Source of the DNA: Lama glama
Lineage: Eukaryota
Direction: 5' to 3'
DNA: 64,000 nt
Assembly: GCA_028534125.1 (NCBI GenBank)
Contig: CM052817.1
Coordinates: forward strand, 62,126,001 to 62,190,000
Below, one piece after another: positions 26,321 through 38,112 of this stretch. The notes beneath the pieces are model-generated. The model was not told the origin of the DNA and made no database searches. It saw nothing but the letters and a program-made list of their open reading frames with translations. How positions within the stretch are numbered: the stretch's first letter is position 1; every line of letters starts with the position of its first letter. Both the position numbers and the translations under genes were made by a program.

Positions 26321-29300
26321 AATCATTCTCCAGTATATTATACTGATTGTCATTTTCTGACAATCACAGAAGTTACACTGAACAATTTTCATATATTAAA
26401 TCATTTACAACAGATGAGCTAGACAGTCAGATAACTGTCATTTCTTTCAAATACATCTCGCACTCTCCTTTTCTTTTACTGTCGACATTACTTATTTTAT
26501 ATGTAAACTATTAGAACCCAGTGAGACTGTCTATTAAATATGGATTAAAACTATTTGGTAGGCAGTGTCATAACTATTTTAATGATGACAAATCTCTTAA
26601 TTTTTTTCAATTATCATGTCATACAAACTATGATGTGAACTATGTTTTTCTTTTTTTGTTTGTTTTTCTGAGCCATCTTTGTGAGGGAAAAAAGCAGTCT
26701 GTAATAGGTACTTATAACATTTTCTAATGTAGATTGAAAAATAAATGAATTTTTTCCCACAGAAATGTATCTTTAAGGCCTAGAAGAACTGAATCACTTA
26801 AAAATTCACCTAATTTTTAACAAAGGACCTTCTCCCCTCAGAAACCTGCTTCATTATTGAGTAATTATACAGTTACTTGTAACATTTTCCATGACTCAGT
26901 AGAAAATAACTGTATAGCAGATATTATTTATTAGGCTAAGAGAAAGCATTCCAGTAAACGATTAGTCATTAATTAGTTTAAAAATGGTACACATTTTGGC
27001 AAAATTTAAACAACTGGCAGAGCAGTTTTTAAAAGAGTCTGAATTATCCAAACACTTTTCCAACAGACTATTTTACCATAAAAATATTGTCACTACAAGG
27101 TGATTAAAAGTGTCACAAGATAGAAAAGAAGAGAATTTCAGTTTAGCAGATGTTTTATAAACGAATTCAGCTAAACATATACCACTGGTTCAGAAGGACT
27201 GAGGCCATATTGATTTAACTGTGACTATCTACAAGTGAAAATCTCCCAGGAGACTATAAATAAGATATATACATCTCACATTCCCCTGGGGAAATTCCTT
27301 CAGATCAGCATGCATGGTATTAGATGTCCACAAATGCACCCTTTAACCTGGAAACAAAAGAGAAAGGAAACAGAAGGGATCCCTACCCTTGGGGAAACAC
27401 AGTAAGTCACAGGCTTGGATTTATTACACTGCTTTTCTATTACGTGTCACCTCATGAGAAAAATGCAAGGTGGGAGTAGGGCAGATGGAGGAGTTAGATG
27501 CTTCAGGGGAATCTAACAGTCATGCCTGTTGATGGCAATGTTACTCCCCCACACCAATAGATCAGGAGTTATTATTTTAAGGAGGGCAAAGGACAAAACA
27601 AAATGTTGAATGAATGAAAGTATTGTGAATTTTCCAAGATGGAACTTCTGCAACTTGATCATCCTCCCTGAAATGTAGAACACTGTTGGAGGAATCAAGG
27701 TAGAGGGGGTGGGGTGGAGAGGATATTAAGAAAGGAAGCAAAAGACTCTTCCTTTAAAATGCTTACGGCAACTCTGTGAACTGAAGTGAGAACCCCACAG
27801 GACACTTATCATATCTTAAGGTTCTCTTGAAGTATCTTCCAAACTAGAGTTACTCCAACTGACACTCTGCCCTTGATTAGGAAGTTCCACTGTGCAATAT
27901 TAACATTTCCAAATCTCTAATTTTTTTGTTGCTTCTAAATATTAAATGAGAATATTATTTCTGTGGCTTGTCAACCCCCACCCCTGAAATATGGACATGA
28001 GTATAATTTTGCCCTGTTTGTGTGGAGAATGTTTAGCACACTGATAGTTACTCACATGAAATTAAAAACCTAAAATGACCATTTTTCTGATGTTTTATTA
28101 TAGCCAGCTATTCCATAAATTACAGCTGCTTTAAAAATAGAATTCAAAAAGCAATTACTAAATGATCTGTTTTTTTAAAGATAGTTTACTATATGTCTCT
28201 CCTCTAGGCATCAAACCTGGAGGACAGTTCTGAATGTAAATAAGATTAAAGTTATGAAAATGGCACTCAGTTTTGAAAATCTATTATCTGATAGTTTTAT
28301 TAAGAAATAGAAAAACAAACGAAGATGTACGGTTGGGTAGCTAAGGACATCTTATCTGCAAACCTGTACCAAGTATTGTTAATGCATTGTCCTTACTGGT
28401 GCTTTGATGGACCGAAGCTCATCCTGACACAGTGAAATAAATCTGCTATTCTCTGCAGTATTGCTACTCCGTTTGTTTTATTTGAAGAGTTAGCTGAGCT
28501 TGACTTCTGTATCCAGCTGCTTTCTAACTATCTAACTGAGACTTCTGTCCACTCCTGAAGTTTATGAATAATTTGTGAAGGCACCTTCAGTCCTACTAAA
28601 GCAATTTTTGAAAGGCGGTAATGAAATCTCACAAACCAGGAGGAGCTAACTGTGCAGTCAGTCCCTCCTTACACTATGAACAAAATGTTTCTAATTGGAA
28701 AACTCCTCTTGGTAGAACAAAGACTGACCTTTACTAAGTCTGCCAAAGGATGAAAACTGGAGTAAATAAGCCACATTCACCTTATCAGCAAAAAATATAA
28801 AGTAATATTTTTCCACTGATTTCCAGAGATAGGCTATGAGTTGGGCAGAAAAGTTCAATGCTGGGACAAGTACTTCCCAACAGATTTCTTTACATAAATC
28901 AGAAGGGATGACAGAAATATACAGTCATAATTCTAAAAAGGTATTTGCTATATTTTTTCCACATCTGTCATTATGTGGGATTATTTTTATCCTTTGCTAG
29001 TGTTATCCAGCTGTTTGCTAGAAAGTGCACTTTGCAGAAAGATGCTGGTTCAAAGCAGTGCAGCAGCATAAATAGCACTAGAAGAACTGATGAAAAAAGG
29101 AAATAAGAAGCAAAAAAATAAACTCACTCCCTTCTGTTGCTGACACCTAAAACAACAGGCTGTGAAAATGGTTTCATTAAAAAATAACAAGCCCGTGCTC
29201 ACCGGGGGATAGATCAGGGCAAACTGAATCAAAAATTCCTCAGTCATTGCTCAAGTAGGTCAACCAGAATTAATTCAAAGGGCAAAGATCCACAGTGAGC

Positions 29301-30060
29301 CCCCCCCCCCATTTCCCACCAGTTTGCATCCTCAGCCCTCCTCTCTGCCCAGGAGCTAAATGGTTTGGAGGATCCCTCCACGGTGGCCAGGTCATTTGGG
29401 CAAGCCTCTCTTTACACCAGTGTAAAAGTGGCCTCTTGTACCAGAGACTATTACTTTGAGCTCTATGTGTTGTCTGCATCGAAATGCTAACTGACTGCTG
29501 ATTGGATCCAAAGTCACTTGCCTTTTAGCAATGTACATTCGTGATTTTTTTTTAGTTACTGCCTTACTTTTCTAATACAGTCATTCATTCAGGTGGATGG
29601 TTAAAATGCTGATCTTCATCACAGTAAAATCCTTTTTCTTTTGTACAGATTCTAATAAAACACGATTAACTTTATTCTCACATATAAAACAAAATTTTTG
29701 TTTTTAAAAATCAGAACAAAGTTCTTTTCAATAGAGTTGGAGAGGAATTGGTCCAGGTTAAACCTATAGAATTCTAAGTCTTTCTTTCCTCCATGACCTA
29801 TCAAAGGGTACAACTGTCATAGAGCAGGTTTTTTTTTTTTTTCTCTTTAGCTGGAATCCTCTTTTAAAGTAAAATACAGCATGCTGCTTTAATGAAAATG
29901 CAGTTCTCATCTATAGTACTAACTGCGGGCGCAGGGGGGAGGCGGGTTGGTGGTGACTGGGTTAATAGTCTTGAATTTTGCATCTTGGTTCCTTCCATGC
30001 AAAGCAGATCTAAAGTCTCCTGAGTGCCCAGGGATTTACCACAAAGATCCACTACTTCCA

Positions 30061-30211
30061 TAGAAACTGGCCAAATAATTTGTGAGGTCAAGAGATCATG
30101 AAAATGTGGGATTCCTTGTTCAAAAAAATACTACGCATTTCAAGATAGCAACAGCACAGCATTCAGCTAAGCCTGGGGCTCTTCCAGGGGACATCCATGA
30201 AGCTGACCATG
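30061..30211 (-). mobile_element. MER45A-like hAT-Tip100 DNA transposon
   Basis: 'atgaaaatgtgggattccttgttcaaaaaa...atttcaagatagcaacagcacagcatt...ccatgaagctgacc' follows the reverse MER45A consensus. Confidence 0.75.
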
Positions 30212-30504
30212 TCCTGTCTCTGTCTCGCTGACCGGGAGTGAGCATGTGGGTACCTTCCAGAGCAGCACAGTTGCTCTGATTTCATCTAGGAGCAGTTGCT
30301 TTATTTTTCTGAATCAGCCTCTGTGGTAAGAGCCCTAAGAAATAACTTGCAGGCTATTATAAGCAGATAACTGATAAATAGGGCAAGGAATTCCAGCTTA
30401 AGATAAATCCACAGGATATGACTCTGAGGGCTTGTGTCTTCAGGACCCTGGGAAGCAACAGGGAAAGGAAGAGATTCTGCTGTGCAGGAAACAGTGCTGA
30501 GCCC

Positions 30505-30670
30505 CTGACATCAGCATACTTGGATTCAGGATCTGGTGCTCACTCACTGGCCATGTGATCTTGGATAAGATATTCCAGTTCTCTGGATCTCCTTTCTCTC
30601 ACTTGTAAAGCAAAGGTGTTAGGTATATGATTCCAAGGGTCCCTGGAATATCTGATGAGTCTATGATAGG
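30505..30670 (+). mobile_element. MIR/MIR3 SINE
   Basis: 'tggattcagg...cactcactggccatgtgatcttggataag...tttctctcacttgtaaa'. Confidence 0.7.
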
Positions 30671-30769
30671 AGAAAAAAGAGAGAACCTATATTTGCTTTT
30701 CTTAAAGAGGAAAACACCTCTACTTTAATGCATATTTAAATTTGTAGAAGAGTAATGATGATGACAATG

Positions 30770-30950
30770 ATGATATTATGTGCCAAGCTCTGTTTAAGTG
30801 CTTCACCTGTTACATTTAACTAATTTTTGTTTATATTCAACTAATTTCATTTATATTCAGCTAGTCTAATCTTCATAAATACTTGGTGAGGTAAGTATTA
30901 TAATTATGCGCATTTTACAGATAAGGGAGTTGAGGCCCAAAGAGCTTAAA
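30770..30950 (-). mobile_element. MIR SINE
   Basis: 'tatgtgccaagctctgtttaagtgctt...cattttacagataagggagttgaggcccaaagagcttaa'. Confidence 0.8.
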
Positions 30951-33379
30951 GACATTGACATTCACCAATCTCCTACCTACCCTCTGCTGGGATCTATTGC
31001 AGAGCCCACGGGTTCAGTGCATTCAGACAGGGAAACCGGGAGACTGGGTGCCATAGAAACCGTGGGAGAAAGAGGAAAGGTGGGAAGTCCTATGTGTGCT
31101 GTCTGGGTGCCCTGAAGAGAAGAGGACAGAAAGGAAGAGCAGGGGTTTGACAAGTGGGAAACAAGAAGAATTTTCTTAAAGAATATAAAATAGATTCCAT
31201 TCATGATTCTGAGAAACATAAATGCTTTACACAAAGTGAGAAAGTTAACAAATTTCGAGGTTAATAAATTGATGTATTTAAATTTTTGCCAATTGGTATT
31301 ATTTTCAACTAAACAAGTATGGGTATGAGAACTCATATTTGTTTTCCTGTTAATCTCATTCCATCAATGATTTTTAAATAGTAATGTTAGAGAAAACTTG
31401 GTAAGAAAACACTTAGGTACCTAAAGGATTTAGTTAATTATGCTCTAGACAAAGAATCTGTTTTCTTTATATCTCTCTTGATTCTTCATTAGACATTACA
31501 CTAGCAATGAGTTTTCAAATAAACACCAAATATATTCTTCCAAAATAGAAAAAAGTACACTGGGTAAAATATGCCACAAGTAGAAACTGAAGTAGCTCTT
31601 TTGAGGAATTTTGTCTATTCATGTCACTGCATGCCTAGGACATGAATGTACACGATGTACCCAGTATCATACTTAAAATTCAGTTCCTTGGGCAAATGTC
31701 CATCTACTAAAGAAATAACGTATGAGCTTTTACTGCCCTTACAGTGTTTGGACATGGACTTCAGGAAATAAAACATATTTAAATCAGCTGTGTGAAGCAG
31801 AGGGTAGAGATCATCTCATCATACAACACTGAGACAACTATTGAAAACACTTCTTTGAAACTCTCATCTATATTTTAAAGCAGTGGTGTTATTAATTGTC
31901 TACATTCTGTTCCATCTCCATAATTCAATGTGTCCAGTTCTACAATGTGTTCATAAAATTGGCATCTTTATCGCACACTTGGGACACAATTTCCCGAAAA
32001 GAACTAGCCAAATGTAGCTGTTTTTGCTTCCTATGTAGAATGCTATAGTGGATAGCATATATCCTTGCTCCCAAAAGGCAGAAAGAAAATTTATATCACT
32101 AACCATATGTAAACTGAAATAAAGGATTTCATGGTTATAATCAAAACCATTTACTTGGGTCATCAAAATGACTTGGCTAATCAGAAGAAATTATTTCTCT
32201 AGAATTTTAATGAAAGATATTCTGTACTGCTGAGTAATTGAATCCGTTCAGAATTTAACCAAAATTACAACCAAGAAACCATCATTCCCTATTGCAATAC
32301 CAGTCCTGCCCAATTCTGGTTGCCAGATTCTGCAAACTGTCTACCAAATTAGTGAGAATAGTAGCTGCAAGTCAGGAGTCTAACTTCATTCAATCACTCT
32401 TTATTCATTCATTCAACGATTATTTAAGGGTCAGCCTAGGCACATGGCAGTAAGTAAAGTTCTACCATAGCAGAGGATTCTCCCTATTTTGTGTTTGTAT
32501 CATTCTAAAACATTGCTGATTTGCTAAAACTGTCTGTCTGAAAATAAAAACTTGCATTTTAACTACTGGCTTAGACAAAGCAATGAATGCATACCTCCTG
32601 TTTCTTGTTTCTGTTGCAAGTTATGTATTTATAGAAGACAATAGGGCATTGATTTTCAACCACAAGTAAACAAGGCATCTGGACTTTGTCTTAATGAGAT
32701 AAAGTTTAGTCTGTGCTTTCTCAGTGGGATGGTTTTTGCTATTTAATTGGTAGCAAAAAAAAAAAAAAAAAAACCTTCAGCAGCATGTCCTTTTTCTGCC
32801 AACAGTGAATTCTATGTGGGAATGAGGTTGCTGCAGAAGGCTTTCAAATATAAATGCAGCTTTAGAACTAATTAGATAAAAATCACAGGAAAAAAAATCA
32901 CAGGAAAAATACTGTTTATTACTTGAAACTGAAAACATTATTTTACTCCATGAATTTCCTGAATAATACTAGAAATATACAGAACTTAGGCTCTGTGTTT
33001 CTCCACTGAAATCTTCCAAAATAAGGTCAGTTTACTTTAAACATGCTATTTATATTACTGGTCTTTCTAACATCTTCAACATAATTAGGATAACAAATAA
33101 GAATAGAAGTATGCCACCTACAATGTTTTGCCCCTAAAATAAAAATGCAATCAGTATAAAATAAGAAAAAAACTAAGACACAAGAATTACCATGTCAAAA
33201 ACAGTATTCTAAAAATGTTAAATGAAACACAATTAAGTAGCAATTACTTTAAGTAGAGCCTTCCCTAGAGACTACCAGGGAAGCCTGGTCAACAACTTCA
33301 CAAGAAGACATTGTATTGCATACAATAGGCAAGAATCCTGTTAAGTTACTGAGGATAAAAAACCATGCAAAATATTTTT

Positions 33380-33970
33380 CTTCATTAGTGTTTTCTAATT
33401 GGATCATGTCACTTCCCTGCTGAAAACCCTTCAATGGATTCTCACTACACTTAGGATAACTGTAAAATCCTCATCAAGGTCTGCGGCCCATCTTTACCTC
33501 CCCATCCTCATCTATCCACACTGCATCACTTTCAGTCGCACTGATATTTTCCAATCTCTCAGATGGGCTTAGTTTTTCCTGCCTCAGGGCCTTTGCACTA
33601 CTTTCCTTCCTACCTAAAATTCTCTTTCCTTCCTCTTTAATAACTTCTAGGCATTGTATTGGTGGTCAAATGACATTTCTTTAAGAAAGCAAGCCATGGT
33701 CACCAAATCCAGAGTACTTTTTTCTCATTATTGTCTCATAACCTCCAAGTGGGTTTCTTCACTAATCTTTTTCTGAGAACCCTGCTCTTTTTCTTTTCAG
33801 CATTTACTAGAGACTGTAATTATGTATGAGAGTAAGACTTTTGTTCGTTTGTTTTGAATATTAGTCTTTCCCATTAGAGTATATGTTCCTCAACTATAGG
33901 GACTGTCTCCATTGTTTATCCTTAACCTACCACAATGCCTGCCTCTATCCACTTATATAGTTACTGAAAT
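33380..33970 (+). mobile_element. L2 LINE 3' region
   Basis: 'ttggatcatgtcacttccctgctgaaaacccttcaatgg' and 'cctgcctcagggcctttgcacta' are hallmark L2 segments. Confidence 0.85.
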
Positions 33971-34076
33971 AATGGTTAACTTTTCAATTATTGGATTTGA
34001 TCCCTAACATTGCTACAGATAAAGGTAACCAATCTTTGTGGCGCACACACACATACACACAAACATACACACACAT

Positions 34077-34662
34077 TGTAGTGGACAAAACTGTTGTCGT
34101 GGACATGGCCTAAACTAGTACCAATGAGTTACATCCTTATATAATACCCTTTTCCTTGAGTGCAGGAGAAACCTGTGACTTGCTTCTGACCAGCAGAATA
34201 CAGTAAAGGTGATGGAATGCCTCTCCTATGATTAGGTTACATTACAAAAGACTCTATCTTAGCAGATAGAGACTCCCCATGTTGGATTTGAAGAAGTAGG
34301 CTGCCATGGTCTGAGAGAGGCATGTGGTAAGGTTCTGTGGGAAGATGGTAGGAGCTGAAAGCAGACCTCACTGATAGCCAGCAAAGAAATATGGCCCTTA
34401 GTCCTATAGCCATAAGGAAAGGAATTATTCCAACAACCTGTAGGAGCCAGAAGTAGATTTCCTCCCCACCTCATTGAGCCTTTGATAAGAACTCACCCCT
34501 GGCTGATACCTGCACTGCAGCCTGGTGGGATCTTAAGCAAAGAACCTAAGTAAGCCATGACTGAACTCTTTACCTGCAGAAACTGTGAGACAGTAGTTGG
34601 GTGCCATTTTAAGCTGAATACTTTTGAGGTAATTTGTTTTGCAGCAGTAGGAAACTAATACA
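34077..34662 (+). mobile_element. MaLR solo LTR (MLT1E/MLT1F-like)
   Basis: TG...CA ends ('tgtagtgg' ... 'gtaatttgttttgcagcagtaggaaactaataca'). Internal 'cctgtgacttgcttctgaccagcagaata' and 'cagaaactgtgaga'. Confidence 0.9.
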
Positions 34663-35305
34663 ACTGCCAAAAAGCATCACCTCCAAAGCCAAATAGCCAT
34701 CAGATGTCTTCCTTCTTCTTTTATCAACTGAGTTTTGGATGGCAGGTTGTTTTCCTTTTTTTTTTTTTTTAAGAGATGACTTTCTCACTAATAGAAATAT
34801 TTTTCCTTAAGATATAATCTTAGAGGTATTTTTCTTTTTTTTTCTTTTTAATATATTTTCTGATTGGGGGAGCTTTAACTTGTTAATTATTGAACGCACT
34901 ACAGATGCAAAAATTAGAGAGCACTCTTTGCAGGGAGGACTGAAGCTGCTAGGAAAAAAACACAAGATATAAAACAGACTGGACAGTAATACAAAGAACT
35001 CAACATATATATTCAGTGCCTCTTCACGATATTTTTATTCTAGTCCTCACCCATGAGAGGCTGAGGTGGAGCCCCTGCTGGTGTTTGAGGCAGAACAAGT
35101 GGGCAAGGGCCTGAGAGAGGTGAGGCTAATTGGATCTGAGCGTGTGGAATTATCTGATATGCTCCCTTCTCATACGAGGCCAGGAAAAATATTTTTTTTC
35201 ACTCGTATATTCCCTAGATGCATAGTTGACATTCAAGAAATATTGATTTTTAATTGAAAGCCTAAGAAATATCAGAGAATGATGGAGCATGTCAAGGATA
35301 GCATC

Positions 35306-35359
35306 ATTTAAAAAATAATTTTTTTTTGAGGGGGAAGGTAATCAGGTTTATTTATTTAG
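35306..35359 (-). mobile_element. Severely 5'-truncated camelid-type SINE (3' tail only) with TSD
   Basis: T-run plus 'gagggggaaggtaatcaggtttatttattta', flanked by direct repeat ggatagcatc (35296-35305 and 35360-35369). Confidence 0.7.
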
Positions 35360-36479
35360 GGATAGCATCTTGAAAGTGGTGTCTTAAGTTGGTATTTGAG
35401 GGTGTGGACAGCAGTTATTAGTAGAAAGACTGGAGAAATAGCTTTTCTCTTGTCTTTATGCAATTTCAGGTACCAATTATCTAGATTTTCCCTAAAAGCT
35501 GTTTCTAAAAATGTATTATTTGTAGTTTTATTCATTTTGTGAAATGTAAGACTACTAATGCAACATCTTCACTTAATTCCATCTCTACCTACCTGTAATT
35601 TTTTTCAGAATGCTTTCTGATTAATACCATTATGCAACTTAAAGATACCATCTATGTTTCAGTCTGCTGGTTATAATTTTTAAATGACTCCTATCCCCTG
35701 TGTTGCTCCTATCAGTTATGCATTTCCAGGCTTCTCTCTATTGCCAGAGCCTGCAGTCCTGTAACACTGGAGGCCTTGACGTGGAAGAAAGGGCTCTGGA
35801 CACGGACAAAGAAGACCTATGTTTAAGTCTGGGCTCTGTGATCAAGCATACTTCTCTCAGGGACTTATTTTGTATAATAGGCATAATCATTCTCCATTTG
35901 TTTATTTCTAGAAGACCTGCTTAGCCTTGAGGAGAATAAAAATGCAAATAAATGCCTCTCCCTGTTTCTGATGACACAAGACCAATATGGAAGAGGAATA
36001 AACAGGTAATACCAGATGGCCTTAAAGGGTTTTTGCAGCACCTAAGTGTTACAGGGTGGTACTGAGGACGAGAACATACACAAAAATAATTAACAGTGAT
36101 AAAATCCCTCTATCACTATATAAATATACAACACATATTTACTATTTCTTGGTTGTACCCTATACTCTCCTCCTCTCCACTTTAGTTCAGACTACTTCTC
36201 TAGATTATTTTCTCCACTTAGCTAAATCTTTCTAAACCTATTTGAAACCCTAGCAGCAATTTCTAGAGAGTCCCTAGTCTAAAGAGATTGTTCCTTTTTT
36301 CTAACATTATAAACAAATCTGAAGCCTCTTTGGGACATTTCTTCAGTGGTCCTAAGAGTGATCTAAATTTTGGGTGATTTACTTTTTCATGTACTAGATA
36401 GAACTTCTTTAAAAATACACTGTAAGGTATTTAAGATGCATTTTCAACTTGATGAATATAAATTACAGCTATACTTAGG

Positions 36480-36895
36480 AGGTCAGGAACTTCACAGTCT
36501 TGGAAGCAGAAACAAAGAATCAGACAAGTACACCAATAATTAATAAGTGGAGTGCAGAAATAAATGCAGTAGTATTAAAAATAAAAAAGGAGGAAAGATT
36601 GCATCTGGTTAGGAGAATCAGGTGAGGCTTGTCAGAGTAAGGTCTTTAAATAAGCCTGTCAGTATTAATGAAATTTCCAAAGTCAGAGACACGAAGTTGG
36701 CTGGGGAGAGAATATTTAAGGAAATAGCCTGAGCACAAAACCATGTCGGGAGAGCAACTGAGAGCACGTTCTTGACCATGTCAGCCTGGCTGGGACTTAC
36801 ACTTGTGAAGAGGCTCAGTGTGGAGGTGAAGAGAAGGCATCTAATTTAACAGACTGTGGGAAGCCACTGAAAGCTTCTGTTCAGGGAAGTCAACA
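36480..36895 (-). mobile_element. L2 LINE fragment
   Basis: 'caggaacttcacagtcttggaag...ggagaatcagg...gggaagccactgaaagcttctgttcagggaagt'. Confidence 0.65.
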
Positions 36896-37929
36896 GTGCT
36901 CAATAATAAATGCTTACTAATGTTTTTGTTTTATTGCTTTCAAAGCCTTGTCCCCCTTCGGGAGCTGCTGTAAGTATTTTAAATACAATACTTCTATTGT
37001 GGACACAAAATAAATATATATTTTCCATAGTCATTGTCAGCTGCAGATCAATCGCTATTTCACAAGTTCCTTTTTATCTAGCCCAAGCCCATCTCTTTTC
37101 ATGTTCCTCAATTTCCACGTCACTGTACTAATTTTCCCTATTCTACGGATATTTTACAATCTCTTGTTTCAAGAATGTGCTTTAGGTCATAATTAAAGAA
37201 GGAAACACTGGTGTGTTTCCTCAGTAGTGTTTCTTGAGTCATCTTTTAAAATTCTTTCGTGTAATCAATAAGAGGATATTTCCAAAGTGGCCAGCGTGGC
37301 TCACAGACAGATCCCTTTCTAGCAATAGAAAGCTACCTTGGGGGAAGGAAACTACTTAGCCTCCTGTGTGGTAAGTACATTAGACATACCTAACACAATA
37401 ATTATACTGATGAAGGGTCAACAGACTCTAACAGACTGGGAGGGAAAAACAAAAAAAGCACATAAACGTTCCCCTTCTCCATTTTTCCTTAAGAGTAACT
37501 TATAAATCACCAACTAGACAGACAAATTAATAATGCAACTGTTTACAGTTCTGAAGTAATTTACAATGTCTGCTAATCCTCATAATATCTTCCTGCAAGG
37601 GGGTCTGATTATACCCCCACATATTTCATTTAGATCTAACCACTGAAAGGAAATAGAATATTTCTGAACAAAACTACCCAAAAGTACATTAGAAAAAATA
37701 AAACAGTAGTCTTGAGTTAACTGTTATTACTGCTGGTACTGATGAAGCAAATCACACGATTCTTCAAGTACCCACTTGGCTGAGACTTGTTTCATCTCTG
37801 ATTGTGTCAGATGCAAAAACCTTCAGCTTTCAGGCGGGACCCACACTTCTTAACAAGCACAAGTTCCACAAGTTCAAGAAGACATCACAAGGTCATAATG
37901 ATATCATTTGTAGAGGATCAAAGTGGACC

Positions 37930-38112
37930 CAAGGTTCTAGGCCAAGGTCCAAGGATCCAAGCAGTTTTTTGCCTCTAACCATGAAGCTGTGTGTTAATGA
38001 GCTTCATAAGTTTTCTGAGACACTTTAGTTTTCTCATTTGTTAAATGAGTGTTGGCAGGGGAAGTTAGTTATTATATGCACTCAGGGTGCTACCAGCTCT
38101 AAAATTCTATGA
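37930..38112 (+). mobile_element. MIR3 SINE
   Basis: 'tttagttttctcatttgttaaatgag...taccagctctaaaattctatga'. Confidence 0.65.
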
